Of a DNA stretch of 52,355 nt, positions 8,015-16,940 are shown one piece after another. The position numbers were made by a program, and so were the translations under genes. The notes below the pieces were generated by a model. The model did not search any database and was not told the origin of the DNA. It saw only the letters and a program-made list of their open reading frames with translations. The DNA is from Bacteroidota bacterium (GTDB taxonomy: Bacteria > Bacteroidota > Bacteroidia > NS11-12g > UBA9320), in contig JAHEGS010000001.1 of assembly GCA_024645005.1 (NCBI GenBank), forward strand, positions 1 through 52,355, given 5' to 3'. How positions within the stretch are numbered: the stretch's first letter is position 1; every line of letters begins with the position of its first letter.

Positions 8015-9217
8015 TTACCCTTTTTTATGCATTAAACTTTTATAAAATATCAGTTGTTTTTTTGCGAGTGCTTTTGTTGAGTAATTATCTTCAATGAGTT
8101 TTCTTGCATTTTTTATGATGGAAGTAAACTCAATTTGGTTGTTATTTAATTTCTGAAAGAGAGTTGAAAATTCAGATGGGGTATCAGCTATGAGTAAATG
8201 TTCACGATCAACATAGTCAATGCCTTGAGCACCAATCGTCGTAGAGACAACCAGTTTCCCAGCTGCCATAGCTTCTAATATTTTTAATCGTATACCACTT
8301 CCACTTTTTAAAGGCACAACGCATACATCACATGATTTAACAAATTGATAGGCATCTTCAACATCTTTAATAACTTCAACCTGATCAATAGAGCTAAACT
8401 CTTTTGCATTGATCCCTTTCCCAGCAAGATTTAATGAATAGTTATTCCATTTTTTAGTAATCAATGGATGGATTTCATTTACATACCAATCAACTGCCTC
8501 TGCATTTGCATGCCATTCCATTGATCCAATGTGATACCAACGTTGAGTTGATGTTGAAGGAGCAAATTTCCATGTATCCAAGTTTATTCCTGCAGGTATC
8601 GTTTTATAAATTCCTTTGGAATGTAGCTGCTTAAATTTATCACTATCTTGATCGGTAACTGGAACTACAGCATCCGCTTGTTTGATGATTTGTGATTCAT
8701 ACCTTTTTAATTGTCTAGATAGAATATTGAGATATAATTTCTTAAATGGATTCTTCTCATTATGAGCGAGACGTTGCCAAATTTCATATTCAACATTATG
8801 CATCCTTAAAACAATCAGACCTTTGTATACTTTACGGATACTTGAAATATACGGGCCCACAAAAGTTCCTTCAAGCTGAACAACATCAAATGATTCACTG
8901 GATAGAAGTTCGATTAATTCTTGTTCGAAAGTTGAATTGTAAAAACGACTTACGTTATATGACTTATTTCTTAAAAGGTGTTTTGAAGCATCATCAAAAT
9001 TAACATCCGTATCAATAGGATGGATGTATAGTTTAGCGTATTTGGTTAATTCTGCTGTAGCTTCTTGGATAGGAGTGTTGTGTTTGTGTCCGTCCAAACA
9101 ATACAAGGTAACATCATGTCCTAATTCGCTAAATGATTTCGTATAATTATATATACCAATAGTCCCTCCCTCGTTTAGAGGCCATGGAACACGATTACTT
9201 ACTTGAAGTATTTTCAT
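8015..9217 (-). CDS. Glycosyltransferase family 4
   Basis: GSGIRLKILEAMAAGKLVVST motif; start placed at 9217, which forms an ATGA overlap with the upstream stop. Confidence 0.88.
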   Translation of the reverse strand: MKILQVSNRVPWPLNEGGTIGIYNYTKSFSELGHDVTLYCLDGHKHNTPIQEATAELTKYAKLYIHPIDTDVNFDDASKHLLRNKSYNVSRFYNSTFEQELIELLSSESFDVVQLEGTFVGPYISSIRKVYKGLIVLRMHNVEYEIWQRLAHNEKNPFKKLYLNILSRQLKRYESQIIKQADAVVPVTDQDSDKFKQLHSKGIYKTIPAGINLDTWKFAPSTSTQRWYHIGSMEWHANAEAVDWYVNEIHPLITKKWNNYSLNLAGKGINAKEFSSIDQVEVIKDVEDAYQFVKSCDVCVVPLKSGSGIRLKILEAMAAGKLVVSTTIGAQGIDYVDREHLLIADTPSEFSTLFQKLNNNQIEFTSIIKNARKLIEDNYSTKALAKKQLIFYKSLMHKKG

Positions 9218-10731
9218 TTTCTCCATTTTTTAGGAATGACGAGCTTGTAAAAATCAATGTTAAAGAGTTGAGAATCACGGCTTGCCTTATAGGTTAAGAA
9301 AATAGCTAATGGGAAGAATAGTCCCAAGGCCATCCACATCCCTATAATTGGGGGTAAAACACCTTGTTTGATTAACTTCTCACCAAAAATACTCACGACA
9401 TAATATAAGATGAAGAGTAGGATAGAAACTACTAGAGGTAACCCAAATCCACCTTTTTTAATAATGGCACCTAGTGGGGCTCCAATAAAGAAGAGTAAAA
9501 TGCAAGAAACAGCTAATGTGAATTTTCTATGCCATTCAACGGCATATTTTGCTTTAAGCTCTTTTTGACCAGATAGATCATTGATATTGTTGGAGCTAAT
9601 ACGTTTAATGTTGTTTACATTTTGTGCCGCTCTTTCAATGATATCCTCCATTGACATTGCTTTGTATAGTGTTTTCCTTTTCTTGCTTGGAGTTTTATTA
9701 AGTGGATTTATTGCTATACTTGATAACGAATCAGTGGTAGGTAATGATTTAGTTATAGTTATCTTTTTTCTTGATAATAGATAGGCTAATCTTTTAGAAA
9801 CTGAGGTGTCTTGAATATTGATGGTATCTGAAGCCTCAAAGAAATAAGGTTCTATGTAGTCGAAAAGTGAATTATTTTTTTTTGCAATAAAGCGGTTGAG
9901 TGAATCAATTCGAATATCAAGTTGTTTAATATTCATCATTCGATGATCCTCAGAAAATCGCTCTTTATCTGTTCTATTAAAGGCCAATTCGCTCAAATCA
10001 ATGGTTAGGTGATATGATTCAAATGCCATAGTATTGTGTGGCATGGATTTTTTATAATTAGGGTCATTTACCAACTCTTGATATCGTTTGCCATTTTCGA
10101 GGTATAGGGTCATGAATCGGTTGTCATCACTGATTGTCATTTTCCCTCGCTCTGCAATCAGGATATTATTATTTCCATCTTTTCTATTGGTATTAACATA
10201 GATTAATATGTCTTCGATGGTTTGGTTGTCGTCGTGTTTTTTACCTACTCTGATTTGATAGCCTTCAATATCTTTAAAAAATACATTATCAACGATATTC
10301 ATTGCTGGTTTTTTCTGCATTACATCATAGAGTAGAGCTCCCCAACTTAAGTTGGCTTTTGGAATTAGATTATTAGATACAAAGAAAGCACTGATCGCCA
10401 GGATTATGCTAATGAAAAACATGGGTCTCATTGCCTTTAAAAGGGATACTCCAGCACTTTTTATTGCCACTAGTTCATACCGCTCAGCAAGGTTTCCAAA
10501 GACCATGATGGAAGAGAGGAGGATAGCTAAAGGTAAGGCCATAGGAATGAGATGTATGGCAAAATAAAATATGAATTCAAAGATGACAGATACTTCAAGT
10601 CCTTTCCCAACAAGATCCTCAAGATATTTCCAGATGGTTTGCATTAGAAATAAAAACAATGCAACAAAAAAAGTTCCTATGAAAGGCCCAGTGAAGGATT
10701 TAATAAAAAGCCAGTGTAGTTTCTTCAGCAT
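9214..10731 (-). CDS. LptF/LptG-family LPS export permease
   Basis: MLKKLHWLFIKSF start; ELVAIKSAGVSL and IGAPLGAIIKKGGFG motifs; start trimmed to 10731, with TATTTTTG box at 10747-10754. Confidence 0.9.
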   Translation of the reverse strand: MLKKLHWLFIKSFTGPFIGTFFVALFLFLMQTIWKYLEDLVGKGLEVSVIFEFIFYFAIHLIPMALPLAILLSSIMVFGNLAERYELVAIKSAGVSLLKAMRPMFFISIILAISAFFVSNNLIPKANLSWGALLYDVMQKKPAMNIVDNVFFKDIEGYQIRVGKKHDDNQTIEDILIYVNTNRKDGNNNILIAERGKMTISDDNRFMTLYLENGKRYQELVNDPNYKKSMPHNTMAFESYHLTIDLSELAFNRTDKERFSEDHRMMNIKQLDIRIDSLNRFIAKKNNSLFDYIEPYFFEASDTINIQDTSVSKRLAYLLSRKKITITKSLPTTDSLSSIAINPLNKTPSKKRKTLYKAMSMEDIIERAAQNVNNIKRISSNNINDLSGQKELKAKYAVEWHRKFTLAVSCILLFFIGAPLGAIIKKGGFGLPLVVSILLFILYYVVSIFGEKLIKQGVLPPIIGMWMALGLFFPLAIFLTYKASRDSQLFNIDFYKLVIPKKWRK

Positions 10732-10810
10732 GCTAGAACTTGATTTCAAAAATAGGTAGTACACCGTTTTAAAAGTGTATTTTCGAGTTAAATTATTTTT
10801 CATTGTAGAA

Positions 10811-11977
10811 ATGAACTTAGTTCGATCACTGCTTATCATTGTCTTAACGCTAGTAACGTTATCATCTTCGGCTCAGAGATACAGAGCTAATTATAGAGCG
10901 ATTAAGAAGATACAGCGATTATCTAAAAAAGGAAAGTATGAAGATGCAGAAATTAGAATGCGATCCATTCTTAATCGATATCCTGTCAGTAAAATACTAT
11001 GGGATGATTATATCAAAATAACATTCGAAAATTACCTTCAGAAAGTAAATTCTGGTGGATCAGAAAAAGATGTTCAGAATGCACTTTATAGTCATTACAA
11101 CGCGGTATATTTCGCTAATATGTCAGTTCCATTTAATTCAAAAGCCAGTGGATTATTAAGAGGCCTATATGTCGATAAAATTTATTTTTCTAAAAAAACA
11201 GTGGATGATGAATCATTGAAGCTTTATGAGAAAGCTATCATTGAGATGGATGCTGAAAATTATCAATATGCAATTGAACTATTTGAAAAATCGTATTCAT
11301 TAGATTCAAGCAATTATTCAGCTATAATTGGTTTAGGAAAATCGCATTCAAAATTGGAGTATTATGGAAAGGCAATACAATATTACAAGCAAGCTAAACA
11401 GATTCAGCCCTTCATAAATGTATCAAATGTGCTTTTAGTTTCGGCTTTAATTGCGAAAGGAGAATCGTCGAAAGCTTTAGAAGTATGTAAAAAGAGTCTT
11501 TTAGTTTATCCAGAAGAATTTGTTTTTAGTATGATGAATTCAATACTAGAAAGTCAAAACAAACAATTGTACCGAAACTGGATTCTGCGTTTATCATCCA
11601 TTAATAATGTCAGTGATTACTATCAAAGGGGTCAGCTATTTGATGAACATATGCATTTTTCTCACTACATAGATGCACTAGAAAATGGAAAGAAATATTA
11701 TGATCTTAATGGTCTCCTAAAAGAAGATGTTACGCTTCCAATAAGTCAGTATTTAGAAGTGTATTGTTGGGAAAAAATGCTTGAAGCAACAGAAGGAGAG
11801 GACATCCCAGCATTGAGCTATGCACGATACATAAAAGAGAAGGGTTTACTTGAGCCATATGTGCTTATCAATTTATTTAATGTAGACCTTTATGCTCAAT
11901 TCCAACATTTTATAGAGAATAAGAAAGGTGTTGCTGAAAATTTCATCAATCAGCACTTAATTTCAGGTGGATTATAG
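10811..11977 (+). CDS. Exported TPR-containing protein
   Basis: Signal peptide MNLVRSLLIIVLTLVTLSSSA-Q from 10811; central TPR-like repeats. Confidence 0.72.
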   Translation: MNLVRSLLIIVLTLVTLSSSAQRYRANYRAIKKIQRLSKKGKYEDAEIRMRSILNRYPVSKILWDDYIKITFENYLQKVNSGGSEKDVQNALYSHYNAVYFANMSVPFNSKASGLLRGLYVDKIYFSKKTVDDESLKLYEKAIIEMDAENYQYAIELFEKSYSLDSSNYSAIIGLGKSHSKLEYYGKAIQYYKQAKQIQPFINVSNVLLVSALIAKGESSKALEVCKKSLLVYPEEFVFSMMNSILESQNKQLYRNWILRLSSINNVSDYYQRGQLFDEHMHFSHYIDALENGKKYYDLNGLLKEDVTLPISQYLEVYCWEKMLEATEGEDIPALSYARYIKEKGLLEPYVLINLFNVDLYAQFQHFIENKKGVAENFINQHLISGGL

Positions 11978-11987
11978 ATGTATAGAA

Positions 11988-14585
11988 TCAAGACTGGCTT
12001 TGCAGTCGCTCAATTTTACGCAATGTATCTTCCTTTTTCTTCTGTTCATTTGCAATAACCTCGGGTTTAGCATTAGCCATGAACTTCTCATTATTCAGTT
12101 TTTTCTCTATGCCAATTAAAAATCCTTGTAATCGTTTAATTTCTTTTTGATTAGAAGCGGTATCAATTTCTTTGACAAAATCTTGGAAAGTAATAACAAC
12201 CTCATCAGTACCAATTAAAACCTTGAAAGGGGTGCTTTCGCTGGCTTTTACTGATATTGATGCATTTGCAAGCTTATGAATGATTCCCTCTGTTGATTCG
12301 TAAATGGTATTATTCTTTACATTTAATTGTATAAATGCGGGTATCTTTGGAGATATCCCATTTTCATTTCTTTTAGCTCTAATTTCAGAAACTAGATTAA
12401 ATATGTTTTGATGGATTGAGACTCCTAATGGTTCTTGGTTAGGCCAATTTTGTTGGTTGATGTATTGTCCGTTTCTTTCACCTAATCCATGCCATAATTC
12501 TTCCGTGATAAATGGCATGAATGGATGTAGAAGTTTTAATATTTGATCAAACATTTGAATAACTTTATCCGAATCTTTAGCATATACCGGGTGACCATAT
12601 GCAGGTTTAATCATTTCTAAATACCAACCACTGAAGTCATCTCGTGTCAATTTGTAGAGTTCCATCAACGCATCGGATATTCTGAAGTCATCAAAATAGG
12701 AGTTTATCCTTTCAATGGTTAGACTAAGTTTATGGCTCATCCATTGATGTGCTTGTAAACTGTGATTTTTTGAAAATTCATCTTGAACTTCAGTAACTTC
12801 TAATCCCTTAATTAAACGGAATGAATTCCACAATTTATTACAAAAGTTTCGACCTTGCTCACACAAAGCTTCATCAAATAAGATGTCGTTTCCTGCAGGA
12901 GCACTTAACATTAGTCCCATTCGAACTCCATCGGTTCCGAATTTTTCCATTAAACGAATAGGGTCTGGGCTATTGCCCAAAGACTTAGACATTTTTCGTC
13001 TATCCTTATCTCTAACTATTCCTGTAAAATATACGTTTTTGAATGGAATTTGCTTTTTAAAAGCATGGCCAGCCATGACCATTCTTGCTACCCAAAAGAA
13101 AATAATATCTGGGGCTGTTACCAGATCAGAAGTAGGGTAGTAGTAGTCTAATTCTTTTTGACCTTCATTTTTAAAACCATCAAAAACACTGATTGGCCAC
13201 AACCAACTACTGAACCAAGTGTCCAATACATCTTCGTCTTGTTTTAAATCAGATGCAGTCCATTTTGGATTAGTCGATTTTTTAATTGCTTCTTCAGCAG
13301 TCTTTGCGATGATTGGAGAACCGTCAGGGGTGTACCATGCTGGAATTCGATGCCCCCACCATAATTGTCTAGAAATACACCAGTCTTTGATGTTTTCAAG
13401 CCAGTGGCGATACGTATTTTTAAATTTAGCAGGATGAAATTGAATTTTATCATTCATCACATCCGAGAGTGACTCTGGATATTCCTCCATGAATTTCTTC
13501 ATGTCCACAAACCATTGTGCTGAAAGACGAGGTTCGACTATAGCTTTGGTACGTTCACTTTTTCCTACTTTGTTTACGATTTGCTCGGTTTTTATCAATT
13601 TTCCTTGTTTCTCAAGCTCATTAATCACTAGTTTTCTTGCTTTAAACCGATCTTCGCCAACAAAAATTTGAGCAGATTTACTTAGAGTTCCATCGTCATT
13701 AAAGCAGTCAATGGTGGCTAATTGATGTTTTTTGCCGAGTTCGTAATCATTAAAGTCATGGGCTGGAGTGACTTTCAATGCTCCTGTACCAAATTCAATG
13801 TCAATATATTCATCAGCAATGATTGGGATAGACCTCTTAATCAATGGAACTAAACACGACTTTCCGACTAAATGCTTGTATCTTTCATCATTTGGATGCA
13901 CACATATAGCGGTGTCACCCATAATTGTCTCAGGTCTGGTAGTAGCTATTTGTATTGATTCATCACTTTCAGAAAGCGAATAGTTAATGTAGTAAAGTTG
14001 AGCATTTTGTTCTTCATGATTAACTTCCTCATCGCTTAAAGCGGTTTTCCCAACAGGATCCCAATTAATCATTCGAGTTCCATGGTAGATAAAACCCTTA
14101 GCGTGCAAATCGATGAAAGAATCAATGACAGCCTCAGATAAATCAGGTTCCATGGTAAATCGTGTTCGTTCCCAATCGCAACTACATCCCAGTTTTTTTA
14201 ATTGATCAAGAATGATATTTCCGTATTTATTTTTCCAATCAAAAGCATGATCTAGAAATTCTTCTCTGGAGATATTATCTTTTGATATTCCTTGATCTTT
14301 TAGTTGTTGAACTACTTTATTTTCAGTCGCAATAGATGCATGATCGGTTCCAGGAACCCAGCAAGCATTAAAACCAAGCATGCGAGAACGTCTAACTAAG
14401 ATATCTTGAATAGTATTATTTAGCATGTGCCCCATGTGAAGGATTCCAGTCACATTGGGTGGTGGCATAACTACAGTATAGCTTGGTCTCTCATCTGGTA
14501 TAGATGAAAATATTTTTTTCTCAATCCACTCGTTATACCAACGTTGCTCAATACCTTCTGGGTTATATTTTGCTGAAATCTCCAT
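11988..14585 (-). CDS. valS: Valine--tRNA ligase
   Basis: PPPNVTGILHMGH, WCISRQLWWGH and KMSKS motifs; start trimmed to MEISAKY. Confidence 0.97.
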   Translation of the reverse strand: MEISAKYNPEGIEQRWYNEWIEKKIFSSIPDERPSYTVVMPPPNVTGILHMGHMLNNTIQDILVRRSRMLGFNACWVPGTDHASIATENKVVQQLKDQGISKDNISREEFLDHAFDWKNKYGNIILDQLKKLGCSCDWERTRFTMEPDLSEAVIDSFIDLHAKGFIYHGTRMINWDPVGKTALSDEEVNHEEQNAQLYYINYSLSESDESIQIATTRPETIMGDTAICVHPNDERYKHLVGKSCLVPLIKRSIPIIADEYIDIEFGTGALKVTPAHDFNDYELGKKHQLATIDCFNDDGTLSKSAQIFVGEDRFKARKLVINELEKQGKLIKTEQIVNKVGKSERTKAIVEPRLSAQWFVDMKKFMEEYPESLSDVMNDKIQFHPAKFKNTYRHWLENIKDWCISRQLWWGHRIPAWYTPDGSPIIAKTAEEAIKKSTNPKWTASDLKQDEDVLDTWFSSWLWPISVFDGFKNEGQKELDYYYPTSDLVTAPDIIFFWVARMVMAGHAFKKQIPFKNVYFTGIVRDKDRRKMSKSLGNSPDPIRLMEKFGTDGVRMGLMLSAPAGNDILFDEALCEQGRNFCNKLWNSFRLIKGLEVTEVQDEFSKNHSLQAHQWMSHKLSLTIERINSYFDDFRISDALMELYKLTRDDFSGWYLEMIKPAYGHPVYAKDSDKVIQMFDQILKLLHPFMPFITEELWHGLGERNGQYINQQNWPNQEPLGVSIHQNIFNLVSEIRAKRNENGISPKIPAFIQLNVKNNTIYESTEGIIHKLANASISVKASESTPFKVLIGTDEVVITFQDFVKEIDTASNQKEIKRLQGFLIGIEKKLNNEKFMANAKPEVIANEQKKKEDTLRKIERLQSQS

Positions 14586-14633
14586 GATTTGTTCTTGGTT
14601 GTAATTTTTTTGTGTGATGTATATTATGCAAAT

Positions 14634-14669
14634 AAAAAAGCCCATCGTGGCATTACCAAGACGGGCTTT
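14634..14669 (-). terminator. rplS intrinsic terminator
   Basis: Minus strand AAAGCCCGTC-TTGGTAATGCCAC-GATGGGCTTT followed by TTT. Confidence 0.75.
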
Positions 14670-14699
14670 GTATAATTTGAATAATCTATTTTGTATTGA

Positions 14700-15041
14700 T
14701 TATCTTTTTTCTTTGATTCGAGCACTTTTACCTGAACGACCACGTAGATAGAATATTCTAGCCCTTCTAACTTTACCTCTACGATTGACTTCAATTTTAT
14801 CGATGTTAGGTGAATTCAAAGGAAATATTCTTTCAACACCAACGCCACTACTGATTTTTCGTACCGTGAATGTTTCATCTAATCCAGAATTTCTGCACTG
14901 AAGAACAGTACCTTGGAATACCTGAATACGTTCTTTGTCACCCTCTTTAATTTTATAGTGAACTGAAACGTTGTCGCCTGCTGCAAATTCTGGGATGTCG
15001 GTTCTTATTTGTTCTGCTGCTATTTGCTTTACTAAATCCAT
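14700..15041 (-). CDS. rplS: 50S ribosomal protein bL19
   Basis: [19 protein letters not shown] and [12 protein letters not shown] motifs; start trimmed to MDLVK; TACTTTTG box at 15060-15067. Confidence 0.97.
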   Translation of the reverse strand: MDLVKQIAAEQIRTDIPEFAAGDNVSVHYKIKEGDKERIQVFQGTVLQCRNSGLDETFTVRKISSGVGVERIFPLNSPNIDKIEVNRRGKVRRARIFYLRGRSGKSARIKEKR

Positions 15042-15187
15042 TTTTTTAATAAGTGGGTGCAAAAGTAATAAAAAGAATGAGGGCTTATTAACATTATTTA
15101 AAAAAATGTCGATATTTAAGAAGAAAAAAGAATCGGTATTTAGGTAGATATACAAATAAATTTTACTTTTGCAGCTCTAAAAATAAT

Positions 15188-15502
15188 ATGTACGCAATAG
15201 TTGATATAGCAGGCAAGCAATTTAAGGTTCAAAAAGATCAAAAATTGTATGTCCATAGATTAGGTGAAGACACCGGCAAATCATTTAGTTTTGACAACGT
15301 AATGCTTGTTGAAGATTCGGGTAAAGTAACTGTAGGAACTCCATCAATTAAAGGAGCCACTGTAAAAGCTAAAGTACTTGACCATCTTAAAGGAGACAAG
15401 GTTATTGTTTTTAAGAAAAAGAGAAGAAAAGGGTACAAGGTTAAAAATGGTCACAGACAGTATCTAACACAAATTCAAATAGAAAGCATTAAGGCAAAAT
15501 AA
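15188..15502 (+). CDS. rplU: 50S ribosomal protein bL21
   Basis: MYAIVDIAGKQFKV...KKRRKGYKVKNGHRQ; TACTTTTG box at 15164-15171. Confidence 0.97.
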   Translation: MYAIVDIAGKQFKVQKDQKLYVHRLGEDTGKSFSFDNVMLVEDSGKVTVGTPSIKGATVKAKVLDHLKGDKVIVFKKKRRKGYKVKNGHRQYLTQIQIESIKAK

Positions 15503-15505
15503 ACC

Positions 15506-15754
15506 ATGGCACATAAAAAAGGAGCTGGAAGTAGTAAAAATGGAAGAGAGTCGCACAGTAAACGACTTGGTGTTAAAATATTCGGTGGGCAAGAGTGCAT
15601 CGCCGGCAACATATTGGTTAGACAACGTGGTACAGTTCACCACCCTGGTAAAAATGTGGGTATGGGTAAAGATCACACTCTATTTGCACTAACTGATGGT
15701 AAAGTAGAGTTTAAGAAAAAAGCAAATAATCGTTCGTTTGTGAACGTAGTTTAA
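15506..15754 (+). CDS. rpmA: 50S ribosomal protein bL27
   Basis: [24 protein letters not shown]. Confidence 0.98.
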   Translation: MAHKKGAGSSKNGRESHSKRLGVKIFGGQECIAGNILVRQRGTVHHPGKNVGMGKDHTLFALTDGKVEFKKKANNRSFVNVV

Positions 15755-15814
15755 AAAAATATTTTTTTTTTATTCGGATTGTTGTTCATCTGAATATTAG
15801 TTATAAATTTGTAC

Positions 15815-15948
15815 CAACAAACAAGGCAATCATTAAGCGTCTCAATAAAATAGAGGCAATATAGATTAAAGACCTTGGGCGTTCTAGCCCAAGATTTAGA
15901 GTTTTCATAGTCAATTGAAAAGGTCCTCTCGGGGACCTTTTCTTATTT
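15815..15948 (+). ncRNA. Candidate small RNA (~130 nt)
   Basis: TAAATTTG -7 box at 15804-15811 with TTG 19 nt upstream; hairpin CTTGGGC/GCCCAAG at 15874-15893; terminator at 15917-15942; no ATG on the + strand in the interval. Confidence 0.6.
15917..15942. terminator. Bidirectional intrinsic terminator
   Basis: GAAAAGGTCC-TCTCGG-GGACCTTTTC. Confidence 0.85.
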
Positions 15949-15963
15949 ATATCATTTTGTAAT

Positions 15964-16608
15964 TTATTGAAAGATTTTACTCCCTACTCGAATTAGAGAA
16001 CTACCACATTCGATCGCCTGAATGTAATCACCACTCATACCCATTGAAAGTGTAGTCCAGTTCAGCTGATCTTTCCATTTATTGAAAAAGGATTCAAGTT
16101 TTTTGAATTCAGATTTTATAATCGCTGTGTCAGGCGTATTGGTTGCCATACCCATTAAACCTAGGAGCTCAATATTTTTAAATTCTGAAATTTCATTAGA
16201 TTCGATAATTTGAGTAAGGTCATTCATTGAAAAACCATATTTATGTTCCTCCTCAGCAATATGAACTTGTAAAAGAATAGGAATAACTCGGTGATTCTTT
16301 CTTGCTTCTTTATTAATTTCTTTGAGTAACTTAATACGATCAACGGATTGTATAAGATGGATAAACGGAGCTATAAATTTAACCTTGTTGGTTTGTAAAT
16401 GACCAATCATATGCCAACGGATGTCATTTGGCATCAATTCTTTCTTTTTTGTGAGTTCTTGAACTCTATTCTCAGCAAAATCTCGCTGATTCGCCTCATA
16501 TACTTGATTTAATTCCTCAATGGTTCTATATTTTGAAACCACAACTAATTCGACATTTCCTATTTCTTGCCGTATTTGTGTGATATTTTCGCGTATAGAA
16601 TGAGACAT
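15964..16608 (-). CDS. yggS: Pyridoxal-phosphate homeostasis protein (YggS/PLPBP)
   Basis: VVVSKY, WHMIGHLQTNK, LSMGMSGD and IRVGSKIF motifs. Confidence 0.95.
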   Translation of the reverse strand: MSHSIRENITQIRQEIGNVELVVVSKYRTIEELNQVYEANQRDFAENRVQELTKKKELMPNDIRWHMIGHLQTNKVKFIAPFIHLIQSVDRIKLLKEINKEARKNHRVIPILLQVHIAEEEHKYGFSMNDLTQIIESNEISEFKNIELLGLMGMATNTPDTAIIKSEFKKLESFFNKWKDQLNWTTLSMGMSGDYIQAIECGSSLIRVGSKIFQ

Positions 16609-16938
16609 ATTTTCGTCGCAAAGATATTTTTACTTTATTTAATAGTTATAATTTTTGGATGCAACTCAAATACAGAACAGAAACCTGATGGTGTAATTGA
16701 AGAAAAAGTAATGATTGAGATTATAAAAGATCTAAAAATATTAGATGCAGCCCAAAAATCGTTTGTAACGGGAAGTATTGAAGGGAAAATGATGAGAGAT
16801 ACTTCTTACACTATTGTATTTAACAAGTATAACACAAATGCAGAACAATTTGATAGTAGTCTACGATCATATGCCAGAAATCCTAAAATATTGGCTCAAT
16901 TAATGGATGAAGTCGGTAAGAAGATAAATCGTTACTAG
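16600..16938 (+). CDS. DUF4296-family lipoprotein
   Basis: Lipobox IFGC; KPDGVIEEKVM..IIKDL and FDSSLRSYARNP motifs; start at ATG 16600 is inferred. Confidence 0.72.
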   Translation: MRHIFVAKIFLLYLIVIIFGCNSNTEQKPDGVIEEKVMIEIIKDLKILDAAQKSFVTGSIEGKMMRDTSYTIVFNKYNTNAEQFDSSLRSYARNPKILAQLMDEVGKKINRY

Positions 16939-16940
16939 TT

